DNA of 62,733 nucleotides, filler included, from Choristocarpus tenellus KU-1152 (GCA_964200185.2; 9 parts of 9 records of this genome joined end to end with filler, not necessarily neighbours in it); one strand, 5' to 3'. Shown: positions 38,499-52,081, numbered from the whole stretch's first letter. Translations and numbers: made by a program. Notes: generated from the sequence alone by a model not told the origin.

Positions 38499-39631
38499 TG
38501 GAATGCACCCTATATTCCTCGAGACCAACATGCGGGTAGCGTGGACGAGTCTCCTCCTTGAGGGTGAGGGCTATGATGGGGCGGAAGGACTGATACGGGC
38601 TATGATGGAAGACTGCCACGCGGGAGAAGAGCGGGAGGAGGGGTCATGGGGAAGGGCGTGCGATCGTGCGGCTTACCTGGAGGGCGTCCTATCGCAGGCA
38701 CTGGCAGCCTCCACTAAATACTCAATCGGCGAAGGTCGGGAGATGGGACTTATCGATCAAATTCCTGTCGCATCAGAGAATATGTCTTTCTCTTCGTTTT
38801 TCATGGACTATGCCGTAGGTGGACGCCCTATCATTCTTCTTGAGGACCTCATCAACACCTCAGACCATAGCGTGAATGAGGTTGGAGATGTGTCCTTGGG
38901 GACGGGCGAAGAGGCTGCTAGCAGCTCCTCATCCTCAGCTAGTCCCTCGCTGCCCCCCAGCATGCCGATTTCCGCTGGCACTGACCATGTACTTGAGCTT
39001 CTACTATCTTGTGTGCGCTACGAAAACCCTAGAGTGGACACGGCCGAGCAACTCCTTAGCTCTTGCGACAAATCGCTACTGGAGGCAATCGTGACCCCAA
39101 GTTATGCCTCAGCAGACTTCGTGCAGCGATACCAGGAGCCGGATGTCCTTCCACTTGAAAAACATCAAGCGGTTCGCAAGTATCTGTCAAGGTAGGTCCG
39201 AACAAGAAATATGCAAACTCACATTTTAGATATTAGATATCGTTCGCATACCTTATGTAGCTGGCACATACAGCAGCTACGGATTCCTCACTCACATAGA
39301 GATGCAAGCATGGAGACCATCTTTGCCTGACTATGTATCATGCGCTACTGTAGATGGACCACTCTACACCGTGTTCGTCCAGGAGGATCAACCCCTGTCA
39401 ATACTTGCCCGTCCGGTGCAAACATGCTGGTTGCTGTTCTTTCGGGTAAACTCGATGTGATGGTTTTCAATACGGAGGCGCTGCCTTCCCTTCAGCCTGT
39501 GTTTGGTAGCCCCTGTCCTACGCTGTCCGACACTGATGTGGATCCCAATCTTGAGGAGGGGGAAGATGATTCCCTGCTGGGGCCTCTATCTGGACAACAT
39601 AGCAGAGAGCAAGGATGGCCTCATCAGCCAT
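38499..39631 (+). CDS. JmjC/cupin-like domain protein, partial (exons ~38499-39191, 39354-contig end)
   Basis: IPVASENMSFSSFFMDYAVGGRPIIL (Cupin_8-type N-terminus), PSYASADFVQR, then a phase-2 junction into R|WTTL…GANMLVAVLSGK. Confidence 0.65.
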
Positions 39632-39731
39632 NNNNNNNNNNNNNNNNNNNNNNNNNNNNNNNNNNNNNNNNNNNNTTAATTAATTAANNNNNNNNNNNNN
39701 NNNNNNNNNNNNNNNNNNNNNNNNNNNNNNN

Positions 39732-39782
39732 CGGAAACGGCCCCCCCTTCACAACCCCCCCCCCCCCCAGATACTTTGACCC
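39732..39782 (+). mobile_element. MITE family B, terminal fragment at contig start
   Basis: poly-C followed by AGATACTTTGACCC. Confidence 0.75.
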
Positions 39783-42700
39783 TACGTTGAACCCAAGATT
39801 CAACCTGTCTGAAATATTGCCTATCGGTAACTTTGATCCGTGTGCCATCAATGTTATCTTCCCAATTTATGATCTCAACACCGACGACTCCGCAACTCCA
39901 GCATTACCAGCATTTGGACCAACATAAAGCGTATCGAGTTTGAGGCACTCTGGTGCATGACCATCCCCAAGCCGAGATTATACACGCCTATACTCTGATT
40001 ATAGAGCATGTCCATACCATGCAGAAAATCAACCGCCAGGTGAGGGAGGGGATGTCATTTGTTAGCTAAGACTGACTTTTCCACTGTTCAGGCCCTTGTG
40101 CCCCCCTTGAGTGGCCCCCTTGAGTGGGTTTCAAACTCTCGGTCCATACCTGATCCTTGGCGTGCGCAGCATTTACTAACTTATCTTGACTGCATGCCAC
40201 TCCCAGTTTACTGAGAAGTTCGTGCGTTTCACGAAACGCACGAACACGAAAATACATGCATCATGTGTATATTCAAGTCAAGGAAGAGTAGGATCATTAG
40301 AATGGGGAGTGAGTGGGGCTTGGTTGGGGAGTGGGGAGGAATGTGAAGGTCAAGTAGAGGAACACAAATGTCTATACAGTATATCGGTGGGGAGTAAGCT
40401 CTTGTCACCTGTGTGCCAGTTTTTTTCAATGTCACACAGGACCGACCGGTGGAGACTGTGATGGTGAACACCCTTGCCGAGGGAGGGGTTGGGGGGGAGG
40501 GAAGAGACAGAGTAAACTCTAACGAAGAACGGCACCGGCGTTAAAAAAATAAAAACGCTGCTGAAAAATAAAAACAAAAAAACTCAAAAGCATGCGGTAC
40601 ATCTTTGGAGACAGTATCTTGAGAAGCGATTGACTGCAATGAAGGAGGGGAAATGTACTACTCTGCTGACTACGGCTTCTAGTAGCAAGAGCAGCAGAAA
40701 AAAAAAGATAAAATTGCGGCGATCTTGATGCGTTCATACTGATATACCTCACTGTTAACCTGAGAATTGACTAAAAACGGATTCTTCTATAATCCTGCAA
40801 GCACAGCACGGCTCCCCTTGTAGGGTTACTATGCTGGCACAAAATCAGGACCGGGTTGTATTGAAACTGGTGCACTATGGCATGGTAGGAATGCAAAGCA
40901 TTGCTGAACATCTATTTGCTCTGGATGGACATACAGTCTGTTCTGCTTAAATTATGCTCCCCTTCTGTTTCCCCCTCTTAGGTAGTTACTCAGTTGCTGG
41001 AGTCAGTTTGACATTATTTTTTTTGTGCCTCACCCCAGGGCCAGGTCCACGGCAATAAAGCTCCTCAGACTCTCCTCCTTGCCCAGGCTAGGACATTTTA
41101 ATCGGGACATACGCAGTACCTGATGTATTATACCATCAACGCAACAGGACATGGGGGGCAGGGGGGGGAGAGAAGGGGGAGGGGATAGGCGGGAGGGAGG
41201 AGGTCCAATGCATCATCAGTGTACACAGGCACAATACATGTATGCATGCAGAGATATGACAGGATGTACCAGGTGAAGACCTTTCTGTGCATTCTACACA
41301 AGATCCCTTTCACTTTACGAAAAGAAAAAGCAAGGGTTTCCTACGATTTCATAAGGCGTTGGTCATTTCTCTGCATAACTTGCACAAATGATATGTGTGA
41401 GCAGAGGCGCTGCAAAAAGCAAGTTTGCAATGGACGTTCAAAACCCTGTCATTCCTCTCTCAATGTTATTGCACTTTGTAGGTTCTGTCACCCTGTCATG
41501 TTCTGCAGGGGGTGATGTTTCACGGGCGCATTTCACCGCTGACTCATTGCCAGGAACAAAGGGCACTCAACCCACTTTTGTCACCCTCCCTTACCCACCC
41601 AACCTTTTCTGAACACAAAATGCTTGTGGGGAATCTCCAATGAGAAAACAAAATCTGATTAAACCCTTGAAAAAGACAAGGAACCACAATGGTCTCTCCC
41701 TACACAAGCAAAAAGATTCCTATTTCGATTTACATCAACACATGGTCAACAATGTCCTCGGTCAGTGCACAACAGTCACACCAATAATGAGAAGTTAGTG
41801 GACAGGACATGAAGAGCAACATGGCCACCAATAGAATGGCCTAGGTGTCATGTTTAGTCAATGGAATGGACTCATCAACACAACCTCTCTTCCTCATTAA
41901 ACGAATCCATCATTCCAAATGCCTCTTAGACAGCACTGTCTTTGTATCCTGTGTCTCCACCTCACCTCGAATCCCTACTTGTCTATTGAGACCTCTACCA
42001 TTGCTACCACAACTCCATTTTGAGTGGGTTAGGATCAGGGATATGATTGTGGGGGGGAGGGGGGCAACACAAGGGGCCCTGCATTCCTCCATGGGCTCTT
42101 CAGAAGTTGCAACAATCAACTGGCATAATCAGGCTGTAGCACTGTGTCCAAGATATCTGAGAAAATCTGACGGAGACCATCATTCTGTAAAAAAAAACTT
42201 CCACGTTGCCTTGCAGAGCATGTTGGGGTGGGGGGGAAACACAATCTACCTCTACAGTCAGTCACCGGCCTGCAGTTACATAGTGTATAGCAGAGATTGG
42301 TGGTGAGTCACCAAGTTAAGTGATAGTGTATTTAGATAACAAGCACCTGTCAGCATGGACACATCACCACTACCACAGTACAAAACTAATGCTATCCCAA
42401 CAATTCTATCAGAAGGCAGTACAAGGTTTTCACTATAAAGATATCTTCCACCTGAACTCTGAGTTATAGATGTAACATGGCACACACAGTGAATTCTGTT
42501 CCCATCCACAAAATGTCAGACAGTATAATATATGTATATACGAATATTGGTCGATTTTTTCTAGAGCTCTCCACATCCTCTAGAGTGCTTCATCACTGGA
42601 CAACCTACATGTCAGAAGCATCCATTCCATACTCCCACAAGACAGGATTGATAGGAAGGCAGACAGGGTTCCAAAGCTTTGCCCTCACCTAACTGACGAG

Positions 42701-44410
42701 GAACTTAAGATCTATCGCTAAAACTCGAAATGTTCCTTGGGTCATGATTTGAAATGTAGATGGCAATTGTCCGTGCAAATCGATACATGACCGAGGACCA
42801 AATTTAGTAAGGCAGTCTCCCAATTCACCCCCGAATGAAGCTGATGTCAACCTTGAGCAAGTCAAAAACGCTTCCCCTATGCCCTTCTGACTTCTACGTT
42901 ACGTGAACGAAATTTATATTGTTGGAAATGATGGATGGATGGCTCAAGCCACCATTTCTTTACGCAATAGCATTTCTTGAAGGTCCATTTAGTGATGCAC
43001 AAACTCCACCTTCAGGCGTATGATTGAATCGTTCAGAAATCGACATCTCGTAGGCCAAGAGTAGGAGGCGCTATTCTGCATGTCAAATCCATCGATCTCT
43101 TGGCTACCTTCCTCAATCCGGCCTGACCTACAACGGCTCTGAATTTTTCTCATGTGGCACAGGGCTAGACCCTGCTGGGAATTACCGCGTACACGGAAGT
43201 CTCAAATGCCTGACCACTACTCCAGAATGTTCTTACTGTGAAGAAAACTGGAGCAATAGGGATTTGAATGGACCGAACAGAGAAAAATCGATTATCGCGA
43301 CCACTCCTCTTAATCAATCCTGAGGTTTTCGTGAGGCTGTTTGTGTGGAGCGGAAACGATTTGTCTCTATTTCCGAGAAGTTCGCCAAAAAATGTCCAAG
43401 AGTATCTTAGGTAGGATCATAGTCGTACACTGATTGTTTCTTCAATCGAATCAAGAAGGGACGAAGACTCGTAAGCTACGACTAGTGCTATTATAATCGT
43501 CCATATTAAAAACCGAAAATGCCAGGACACCAGACGCAATAGACAACATCTGTTTGTTTGCATCAAAGTTTTAAAAACACATGTGGGTTCTGTCCTGGTA
43601 GACTTCACTTGCAAACTAGACCACCGACACCTTCAGGAAGGCGTAGGCCCCTCTCACAGTTCTGTTCTTTAGTGCTTGAGGAAATCCTCGTGATGGAGAA
43701 CAACGGGTCGCCGCTCCCACTCAAACACTGTCCTCTAAATTCTTAATCACTCACAGTCTTCGCCTCGTCTGCTATCCGATCACCTGGATCGCAGACGGCA
43801 ATCGTCTCCAAGAGGTTCGGTATATCGACTTCCATAGTGTAACTAGCGCAACCTTGTCACAGACGAGTGAACAGATAAGCGTAAATAACAGCCCGACCGT
43901 TCCATTCACAGAGAATCTCTTTGCAGCCAGGCTCCGAACCAAACTCAAAGTTCAATACTACTACCTCACTATACTTTCTGTCCTTTCCTCATTGGTGTTA
44001 AACCTTGCGAAGGCGGTGTTTGCTTCAGATATTCAAAATCCTTCATTCAAATCTTAAAAAAAACAACACACTGGAGAAGTGAACCAACCCTTACACAGGT
44101 TCGGTGCCAACAAGACATGTGAAGACAACCCCCAGGATTCTTAAGATGCAATTCATCTTTTGAAGGGATCGGACATTGGAGAGGCCCTAAAGGAATCTCT
44201 CTCTCGCCATATCACACGTACAACCTCCCTCGTTGTCTCCTCCTAATGTATTGTCTTCTTCCTTTAACAGCAGATTCTCAAAATTGAGGATGAAGCGGGA
44301 CTATGAGGATNNNNNNNNNNNNNNNNNNNNNNNNNNNNNNNNNNNNNNNNNNNNTTAATTAATTAANNNNNNNNNNNNNNNNNNNNNNNNNNNNNNNNNN
44401 NNNNNNNNNN

Positions 44411-47400
44411 GAATAGTAGAGGAGGTGGGGGGGGGGGGGGGGGGGGGGGGGGGAGGGGGATGAGGAGGAGGAGGAGGAGGAGGAGGAGGAGGGTAAACTT
44501 TTGTCAAAGACTCCGTGTCTTTCGAGGAAGTTTTTGCCTGGGGGTGGGGGGGAAGGTGGCGGGGTGGGCGGGGGGGGGAGGAGGGAGGGGGAGGGGGAGG
44601 AAGAGGAAGAGTTGACTCTCAAGCTGTGGGATTTTGGGGGGCGGGACGACTTTCACGCGGTACACGGAATGTTCTTTTCTAGGTGAGACTTTTTTCTTTT
44701 TTTTAGGATTATATTACTATTATTTTTCCTCTTTCATTGACGACAACTTTTTTCTATTTTACTACTGAGTGAAAAAAAATAAACTGCGTGGCAATTTATT
44801 TTATTTTTTATTTTATTTCTTTTTTTCATTAAGATAAGAAGTAACGTCGTTTTCGAACAGCTCAAAAATTTATTTTATTTTATTTTATTTTAGAGCGTTT
44901 TGCGGGCGAAAACCCGTAAAAAAATTAATCTCGAAACCACAACCTTTTTTGGTTGTTTTTGGGGTTAGATTTGGGGGTTAGGGTTGAACAGGTATATATA
45001 TATATATATTATATATATATGTATGTATCTATTATGTATGAATGAATGGAGCTCAAAAAAATGTAAGATATTGTCGGTGATGATAGAGAAGGGTTATTTT
45101 GAGGGTCTTGTGTTGACGATATGAGGTATAAGGTGGATGTGAATAAGGGACTCTTAGGGTAAGGGGTACAGGCCGTTGGTTGGTTTCTCTCACGTTGGTT
45201 GGTTGTTGTCGAAAATGTCTTTTGAGATGGCCGTTGGGGCCCAGTAAGGAGGATGCGATTCAATCATATTTTATTTTTTGTATTTGGTAAGGTTGTCCAT
45301 GTCCAATCCCCGGGCGAGGTGTTATAAAAAAATAAAAATATCGATCTTATATATATATATATGTATATATACATACATACCAAAGTATGCATGTATTGTA
45401 AAATCTAAAAATATTAAAAAAATATTATCTTGGGGTACTCCACTTCGCTAGTCAGTCAACAGACAATTGCATCAAACGGCCCATTGACTAACCCTAACCC
45501 TAACCCTAACCCTATATTGTTCTCGAATATGTAGTATCCATAGTTGTTCCTCTTCTTGTTTTATTTTCTAAATCCGTAGTTGTTGTACTGCAGTTGTGGT
45601 GAACTGTGTATGTGTCGAGTTCAATACTAATCTTTTGTAGACTACATATTATCAATGCTAATCTGTTCTGTACTACATATGACCAGTACTAATCTGTTGT
45701 AGACTACATATTATCAGTACTAATCTGTTGTATGCTACATATGATCAATACTAATCTGTTGTAGACTACATATTATCAATACTAATCTGTTGTAGACTAC
45801 ATATGATCAATACTAATCTTTTGTATGCTACATATGATCAATACTAATCTTTTGTGGACTACATATTATCAATGCTAATCTGTTCTGTACTACATATGAT
45901 CAATACTAATCTGTTGTAGACTACATATTATCAATGCCAATCTGTTCTGTACTACATATGATCAATACTAATCTTTTGTATGCTACATATGATCAATACT
46001 AATCTTTTGTAGACTACATATTATCAATGCTAATCTGTTCTGTACTACATATGATCAATACTAATCTTTTGTAGACTACATATGATCAATACTAATCTTT
46101 TGTAGACTACATATGATCAATACTAATCTTTTGTAGACTACATATGATCAATACTAATCTTTTGTAGACTACATTTTATCAATACTAATCTTTTGTAGAC
46201 TAGATATTATCAATACTAATCTGTTGTAGACTACATATTATCAGTACTAATCTGTTGTATACATATGATCAATACTAATCTTTTGTAGACTACATATTAT
46301 CAATGCTAATCTGTTCTGTACTACATATTATCAATACTAATCTGTGTATGTATGTTGAAACATTTTCATTTTTTAATTTACATAGGTACTTCGATTTATT
46401 AGTATTATTTTCGTTGGGAAAAGGAAAAAACAAACTTAGGTTTAACTTTTGTTTTTTTAATAAATTTATTCTTAGCGAGAACCCTCCCGGTGTGTTATTG
46501 TTTTTACTTGTGTATCATTTCAAATCTTTATTTGTATATCATTTCAAATCTTACTCGTATATCATTTCAAATCTTACTCATGTATCATTTCAAATCTTAT
46601 TCATGTATCATTTCAAATCTTCTGATCGAATTTTATTTTATGTCCTGATATTGTTGAGGCCTGCCTAAAGAATATCAGAACTGTTGTTAAATTTCCGAGT
46701 GTAACGCTTGAACATTTTGTGTACCCAGTTACAGTATACACACACCCCAGGACTTGTGACACCAGGACTTGGTACCTGTGACAAGATCCGGACCATGGTC
46801 CGTCCTGGTACCAACATTTCCTAGTTGGTTCATTAAGTTCATTCCAGGAACTAGGGGATTCTACTGGGTTTGGTTCAACAGATCACCGTGTTGAAGTTCT
46901 GACAAAAAAAAAAACGTGTTCTCTAAACCTGGTTCAGGGCACTTTTAACGTCCTTAATGGGACTGGGTCAGGGGGGGGTAGTTGAATTGCTTCAGGTACA
47001 ATAGATGAATATATATATATATATATTTATAGCATTCCTGTTTTTGTCATCCTGTGTACAGTACCGAACATGGTATATATTATTTTTTACTTGCGTTAAT
47101 ATTATTTATTATTATTATTTATTATTGTTATTTTGTAGTGTGTGTATCATAGATTGGGATTTTATCTACATCTATAGATCTCTCTCTCTCTATATATATA
47201 TATATATTTATTTATTTTTTCTGGATGAGCGCAGTTTTTAACTTGATTAACTTGGTGGTACTACCAACGACAACAGTTTGGTAAAAATATATTTTTTGAA
47301 ATGACCGTGTATGAGTCAAGTTCATAAAATAAAATAAAAATTAAAGGTTTCTCATATGTATCAGTCAAGTTCATTAAAGGCTTCTGATATGACCAGTACC

Positions 47401-47906
47401 TCAGTACAGCGCATCTTGAACTTTTTAAAGTGACCGTATCTCTCCCATTTATTTATTAAACGGTTCTGATGGGGCCTGTCCAGCCCGTACGGCGATTTTT
47501 AAACCTTTTTTTTTAAAATGACCGTATCGGTCCCTTTCAAAAAAAAAATTCTGACATGACCGGTCCAGTCGGTATGGCGCTTTTTACCAGGAGTGAGGAA
47601 GATTTTTTATTTTAGTTTATTTTTTTAAAAAGAAGTTTGATGGGACCTGGGAACCCCCCAAAAAAGGTGAGAGATGCACTAACTTCAACATGGCCTATCT
47701 ACGAACCTTCCTCTGCGAATTGTTTCCAGAATGCAGGTTAGGGTTAGGGTTAGGGTTAGGGTAACCCTAACCCTGGCATACCACCTGTCCAGTGTTTATC
47801 CTCCGGACCTTTTGTTCCTGATCTATATGTTAAGAGGATAACTATGTGTTCGGTATGGAATTTTTTTTTGACAATGCTGTGACTTTTTTCTTCCAAAAAA
47901 TTCCAG

Positions 47907-47941
<35 letters not shown>

Positions 47942-50095
47942 AATGAATAATAAATTTGTATGATAAAAAAAAAATGTAAATGGGGACGAGAATGATTACG
48001 ATCGTACACACTCTGTTTTTCTATATTTTTTATTTCAATTCAATTTTTTTTTATTGACGATGCCGCGTTTGTGATTGGTTGATGTTGGGGTAATATTCAA
48101 TGCTAACCCTAACCCTAACCCTAGCCTGAACTCTTACGAGCGTCTATCTATTCTAATCCAGAACCCCAACCCGATCCTGTCCTGTTTTTTTTATGTTTTT
48201 TATGTATCTTTTTCTTATTTTTTTCTTATTTTTTCCATCCCGGTGTGTGTTATGTGTGTGTTATGTGTGTGTTATGTGTGTGTGTATGTGTTTCACCCGG
48301 GTTCTTCACTTGTATAATGATCTGCTCTGCCCTTGCTGGTCCCACGGGGGGGGTTTCACACACCCTGAAGGCGTACTCTATATGCTGTGGTGTTTGATCT
48401 TAGACACGGGGAGCGTGAGGAGGTTAACCAGTCTGTTCAATTCTGGATAGACCTTGTTCAAACCAGGCAAGCTCTCTGCTCCTGAAAGAATTGGCTTCAT
48501 GGGGGGGATCATGGGGGGGGGCTACTTCAACATCAACTTCAACTTCAACTTACTTCTTCAATCCGGTCACATATTTATATTTGTTGCTTATGTGAATGTA
48601 AAGTGTTGAAAAACGTAACCGATTTTTCGACTTGGATGTCATGGGACGTTTGTAGAGGAGTCACTTTGCGTCTGTTGTATGTACCTTATTGTGTCTATAT
48701 ATACAGTCTACTTTATGTACCTTATTGTGTCTATATATACAGTCTACTTTATGTACCTTATTGTGTCTATATATACAGTCTGCTTTATGTACCTTATTGT
48801 GTCAGTGTTTGTATCTTATCTCGTCGTGTCTGTAGGTATCATATTGTACCATAATAGAGTATGGCATATCTTATTGTGTCTATATATACAGTCTACACAC
48901 AATCAACATGTATACCCTTTTGTGTCCATATAGTCTATACCTTCTATTGTCATCCTATTAGAAATACACCCCCCCCTTGCAAGAACCATATCTTTTTGGG
49001 CGACCTATGACATCATACACATTTTATTTTTTTCATGGCAAAGACAACTCAAGGTTAGGGTTAGGGTTAGGGCTTTGGGATATATGTTTATGTGTATATA
49101 TTTCGGTTCTGAAATATTGTGTCTGGTGGATGCGGTTCAAGTTGAAGTGGATGCCAATACGTATTTTATTTCGTTTCATATATTTTTTCTTGTTTTTCAT
49201 TTTGTTTTTTATTTTACATGATGTAGAGTTTGACAGCATCTTTTGTTTCCTGGTTCATGATTGTGTCATTTATCTATTTTGGTTAGTTGATTGTGTCATC
49301 TATCTATTTTGATTAGTTGATTGTGTGGTGCTATTGAAATGGTATCTGTAGTTACATATATTTATGTATATAAATGTATATCTGTAATTTTGTATGTATG
49401 TATGTAGGTATGTATGTGTCTGTCTGAGAGTGTGTAGGATACTTTAGCACTGAATAGAAGCTATTCAATAGTGGTAACCATGAGATAAATCAGAAAAATT
49501 GTGTAGAACCATTATCTCCAGGTTTGCTATTTGGTCAAAAAACATTTGTCTCCGGTACCCCCCTCAACCTTGCGATGCATTGTATCATCAATTGGCAGGG
49601 TACCTGGAGCTCGTATCCAGCTGATAGGCACTCATGCTGACATGATGCATCCCTCGGAGGTAAAGAGACAGTGCGATCGGGTTTCCAGACAGGTGACAAA
49701 AAAAATAGAAATGCAGTAAAGAAAAAAAAATGAGTGCAGGAGGACCCTTCTTGAGCATATTTTATTTTGTTTTGTTTTGTTGAATTATTTTTTTTCAGTC
49801 TTTTACAAAAAAAAAAGGTGTATATAATATATTCCTGTTCCTGTGTGACAAGAAAATGAGATCCGATATATAATTTTTACTTTGTTTAGAAGGGCATGAA
49901 TAATATATATATATATATATTTATTTATTTTTAAGTGTAGTTTTTCTTCTTCAAAAAAGAAATTGTATACGTATATTTTTTAGGAAAGGTTTGAATTAAG
50001 AAGATAAGTGTTTAAAAACGTGAAGTAGATGATGTCATTCTCGTGTGAGAGAACAAGACAACACATTTTCTACTTTTTAAAATATGTATTTACAG

Positions 50096-50137
<42 letters not shown>

Positions 50138-50914
50138 ACTTCCAATTTTTTTAATGAGAGTACGTTTAGTATGATTACGTTGTTCCTTTTTATCATTTAT
50201 TATTTTGGGGGGTTAGGGTTAGGGTTAGGGTGGTTGTGGAATAAGATTTTTTTTTTGTGTGTTTTTTTTTGTGGAAGCAGCACCAGTAGTAAAGTAGTGT
50301 TTTGAGCATTTTACGTTTTTTTTGTTTATGGACACTTTTGCTCTTTGTTTTTCATTTTTTTTTAAAGGATGATGGCGATGCGATTTTCACTCAAACTAGA
50401 AAAAAAATGAAAAAAAATGCCTTCACCGATGTGTCACTACTGGTATCTATCTCACTGTAGAAAACAACTGAAAATGTATGACTAAAGAGGTACAACTAAA
50501 GAGGTATAACTAAAGAGGTACAGGGTTAGTTCATGCGTTCTGTTTATATGTATGCTCACTATTTAACACCTAGAAGTGGTTTGAAAAATATCATTCTCGT
50601 AGCATTGTTGTTTTTAAACACACATACACTACTGATTGCCATAGCCCCTCCCCCTCCCCCTCCCCCTCCCCCTCCTCCTCCTCCTCCTCCTGCCTCTATT
50701 TGCACCGATGCCTCCCCAAGGTGATGGAAAACGAGGCCAGCATTGTGTCGGCAGTTTTACTCCAGAGCGGAGGAGACAGAAAGGCTGCACGGGAAATAGG
50801 TCATGCTCGAATTAGACCCAAGATAGAACCAAGGGTGATACCTATCAGCTGCAGTACCCTTGATGTAAGTAATCCTCTGGGGAAAGAGGGATTGGTTGGG
50901 GAGGGATTCTTTCT

Positions 50915-50957
<43 letters not shown>

Positions 50958-52081
50958 AAAGTATCCAGGATGGGGGGGGGGGGGGGTTGTTTTGTTTTGT
51001 TATTTTTATTTTCACTGTTTTTAGTTGGGTTTTATTGTTTTTATTGAAGGTGAAGTATTTGAAAAAGGTGCGGGTACTGATAAGGAGAATTGATTTATTT
51101 ATTTTTATGGGGTTGAGGACACAGTAGGTGCAGCGCAGTTAGGGTTAGGGGTTCCGAGCGTGGAATTGTTAGCCCCAGCAGGATGGTATGACTTAAGTGT
51201 GGAAGTAATCAAATTCAGTACGAAAATGGAGTAATGTATTATGTAGATGAATGGTATACCTTATAGTGTCGTGCTGATCCGCCGATTCCCCCAATGTCTG
51301 ATTTGCAAGAATCATGTCTGATGTCTCTGATTTGGCCTCAAAGATCATCAGTCCCCACAACTTTTTTATTTTATTTTTGGTACTACTTTTTTATTTATTT
51401 TTGGTACTACTTTTTATTTTTTTATTTACTGGTATTAATTAATTCACACCCAGAGACTGTTTCCTATGTACATAACAAACACACAAACACACACACATAC
51501 ACACTACCCACTAGATACTACACACTCTAAAAAATAATCGTGTGTGTGTGTGTGTGTGTTTGGTGTTGTGTACAGGGATTAGTGACCCGGTGACCCCCTT
51601 TTACTAGATGACGCTACCAAATTCCGGGTGGGGGAAGGAAGTGGCCCCCCAACAACAGTCCCTTCACTCTTTGTTTTTATTTTATTTTATTTTATTTTAT
51701 TTTTATTTTTTGTTTACAGGGATTTAAGGAGTTAAGCGACCGGGTGCTGTCTATTGCTGGGGACCCCGAGGCGTTCCCCGCCCCCCTCCTTCCTCCCCTG
51801 TGGGGCAGGGTAGATTCCCTTGTGAGGTCCCTGCGGGACCATGGACGAAACCTTGTTCGTGTGTCTGAACTGAGGAAGCTGGCTGCGGCGCCGGCCGACC
51901 AAGATCTGTACCAGGGTTCTTCTAGCAAGAGGACCGGTTCCGAGTCGCAGGACCGATCCACCGAAATCCGAACCGGTACCGGTACCGGTACCGGTACCGG
52001 AAGAGGTGGAGAGGCAGGCGGTGGAGGGGGGGGTGGGGGTACCAATGTGGTATCGAATATTGTTGCTGGGGCTTGGGTTGG
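44411..52081 (+). CDS. ROCO family GTPase (ROC domain and start of COR), partial (exons ..44682, 48371-48466, 49599-49692, 50721-50864, 51720..)
   Basis: Spliced product LKLWDFGGRDDFHAVHGMFFSR|RTLYAVVFDL…VQFWIDLVQTR|VPGARIQLIGTHAD…|…VIPISCSTLD|GFKELSDRV…LPPLW. G3, G4 and G5 motifs are in order and all phases are consistent. Confidence 0.9.
45621..46345. repeat. 31-bp tandem minisatellite, about 23 copies, in a ROCO intron
   Basis: Unit TCAATACTAATCTTTTGTAGACTACATATGA with a few recurring variants and no spacers. Confidence 0.95.
46508..46620. repeat. ~23-bp tandem repeat, about 5 copies
   Basis: Unit GTATATCATTTCAAATCTTACTC. Confidence 0.9.
47736..47774. repeat. Interstitial telomere-like repeat with strand switch (other short tracts at 45489-45513, 48103-48123, 49052-49072, 50210-50231, 51137-51149)
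   Basis: (TTAGGG)4 immediately followed by (TAACCC)2. Confidence 0.85.
48678..48802. repeat. 36-bp tandem repeat, about 3.5 copies
   Basis: Unit TATGTACCTTATTGTGTCTATATATACAGTCTACTT, with a further partial copy near 48868. Confidence 0.9.

Noticed and set aside
42680-43614. Possible FkbM-like methyltransferase exons on the minus strand (FDLLKVDI…NWETAL)
   Set aside because: Only one short motif, it needs frameshifts, and the exon phases could not be closed.
44359-44622. Poly-Pro/Ser and Phe/Ile/Cys-rich ORFs (also 8061-8303, 47005-50305, 59224-59650)
   Set aside because: Antisense or chance translations of homopolymers, microsatellites and AT-rich introns.
45621-46345. CRISPR-like array of 31-bp repeats
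   Set aside because: Units are contiguous with no unique spacers, there are no cas genes, and the context is a eukaryotic intron.
45489-51149. True chromosome end
   Set aside because: TTAGGG tracts are only 2-4 units long, occur in both orientations and lie inside introns.
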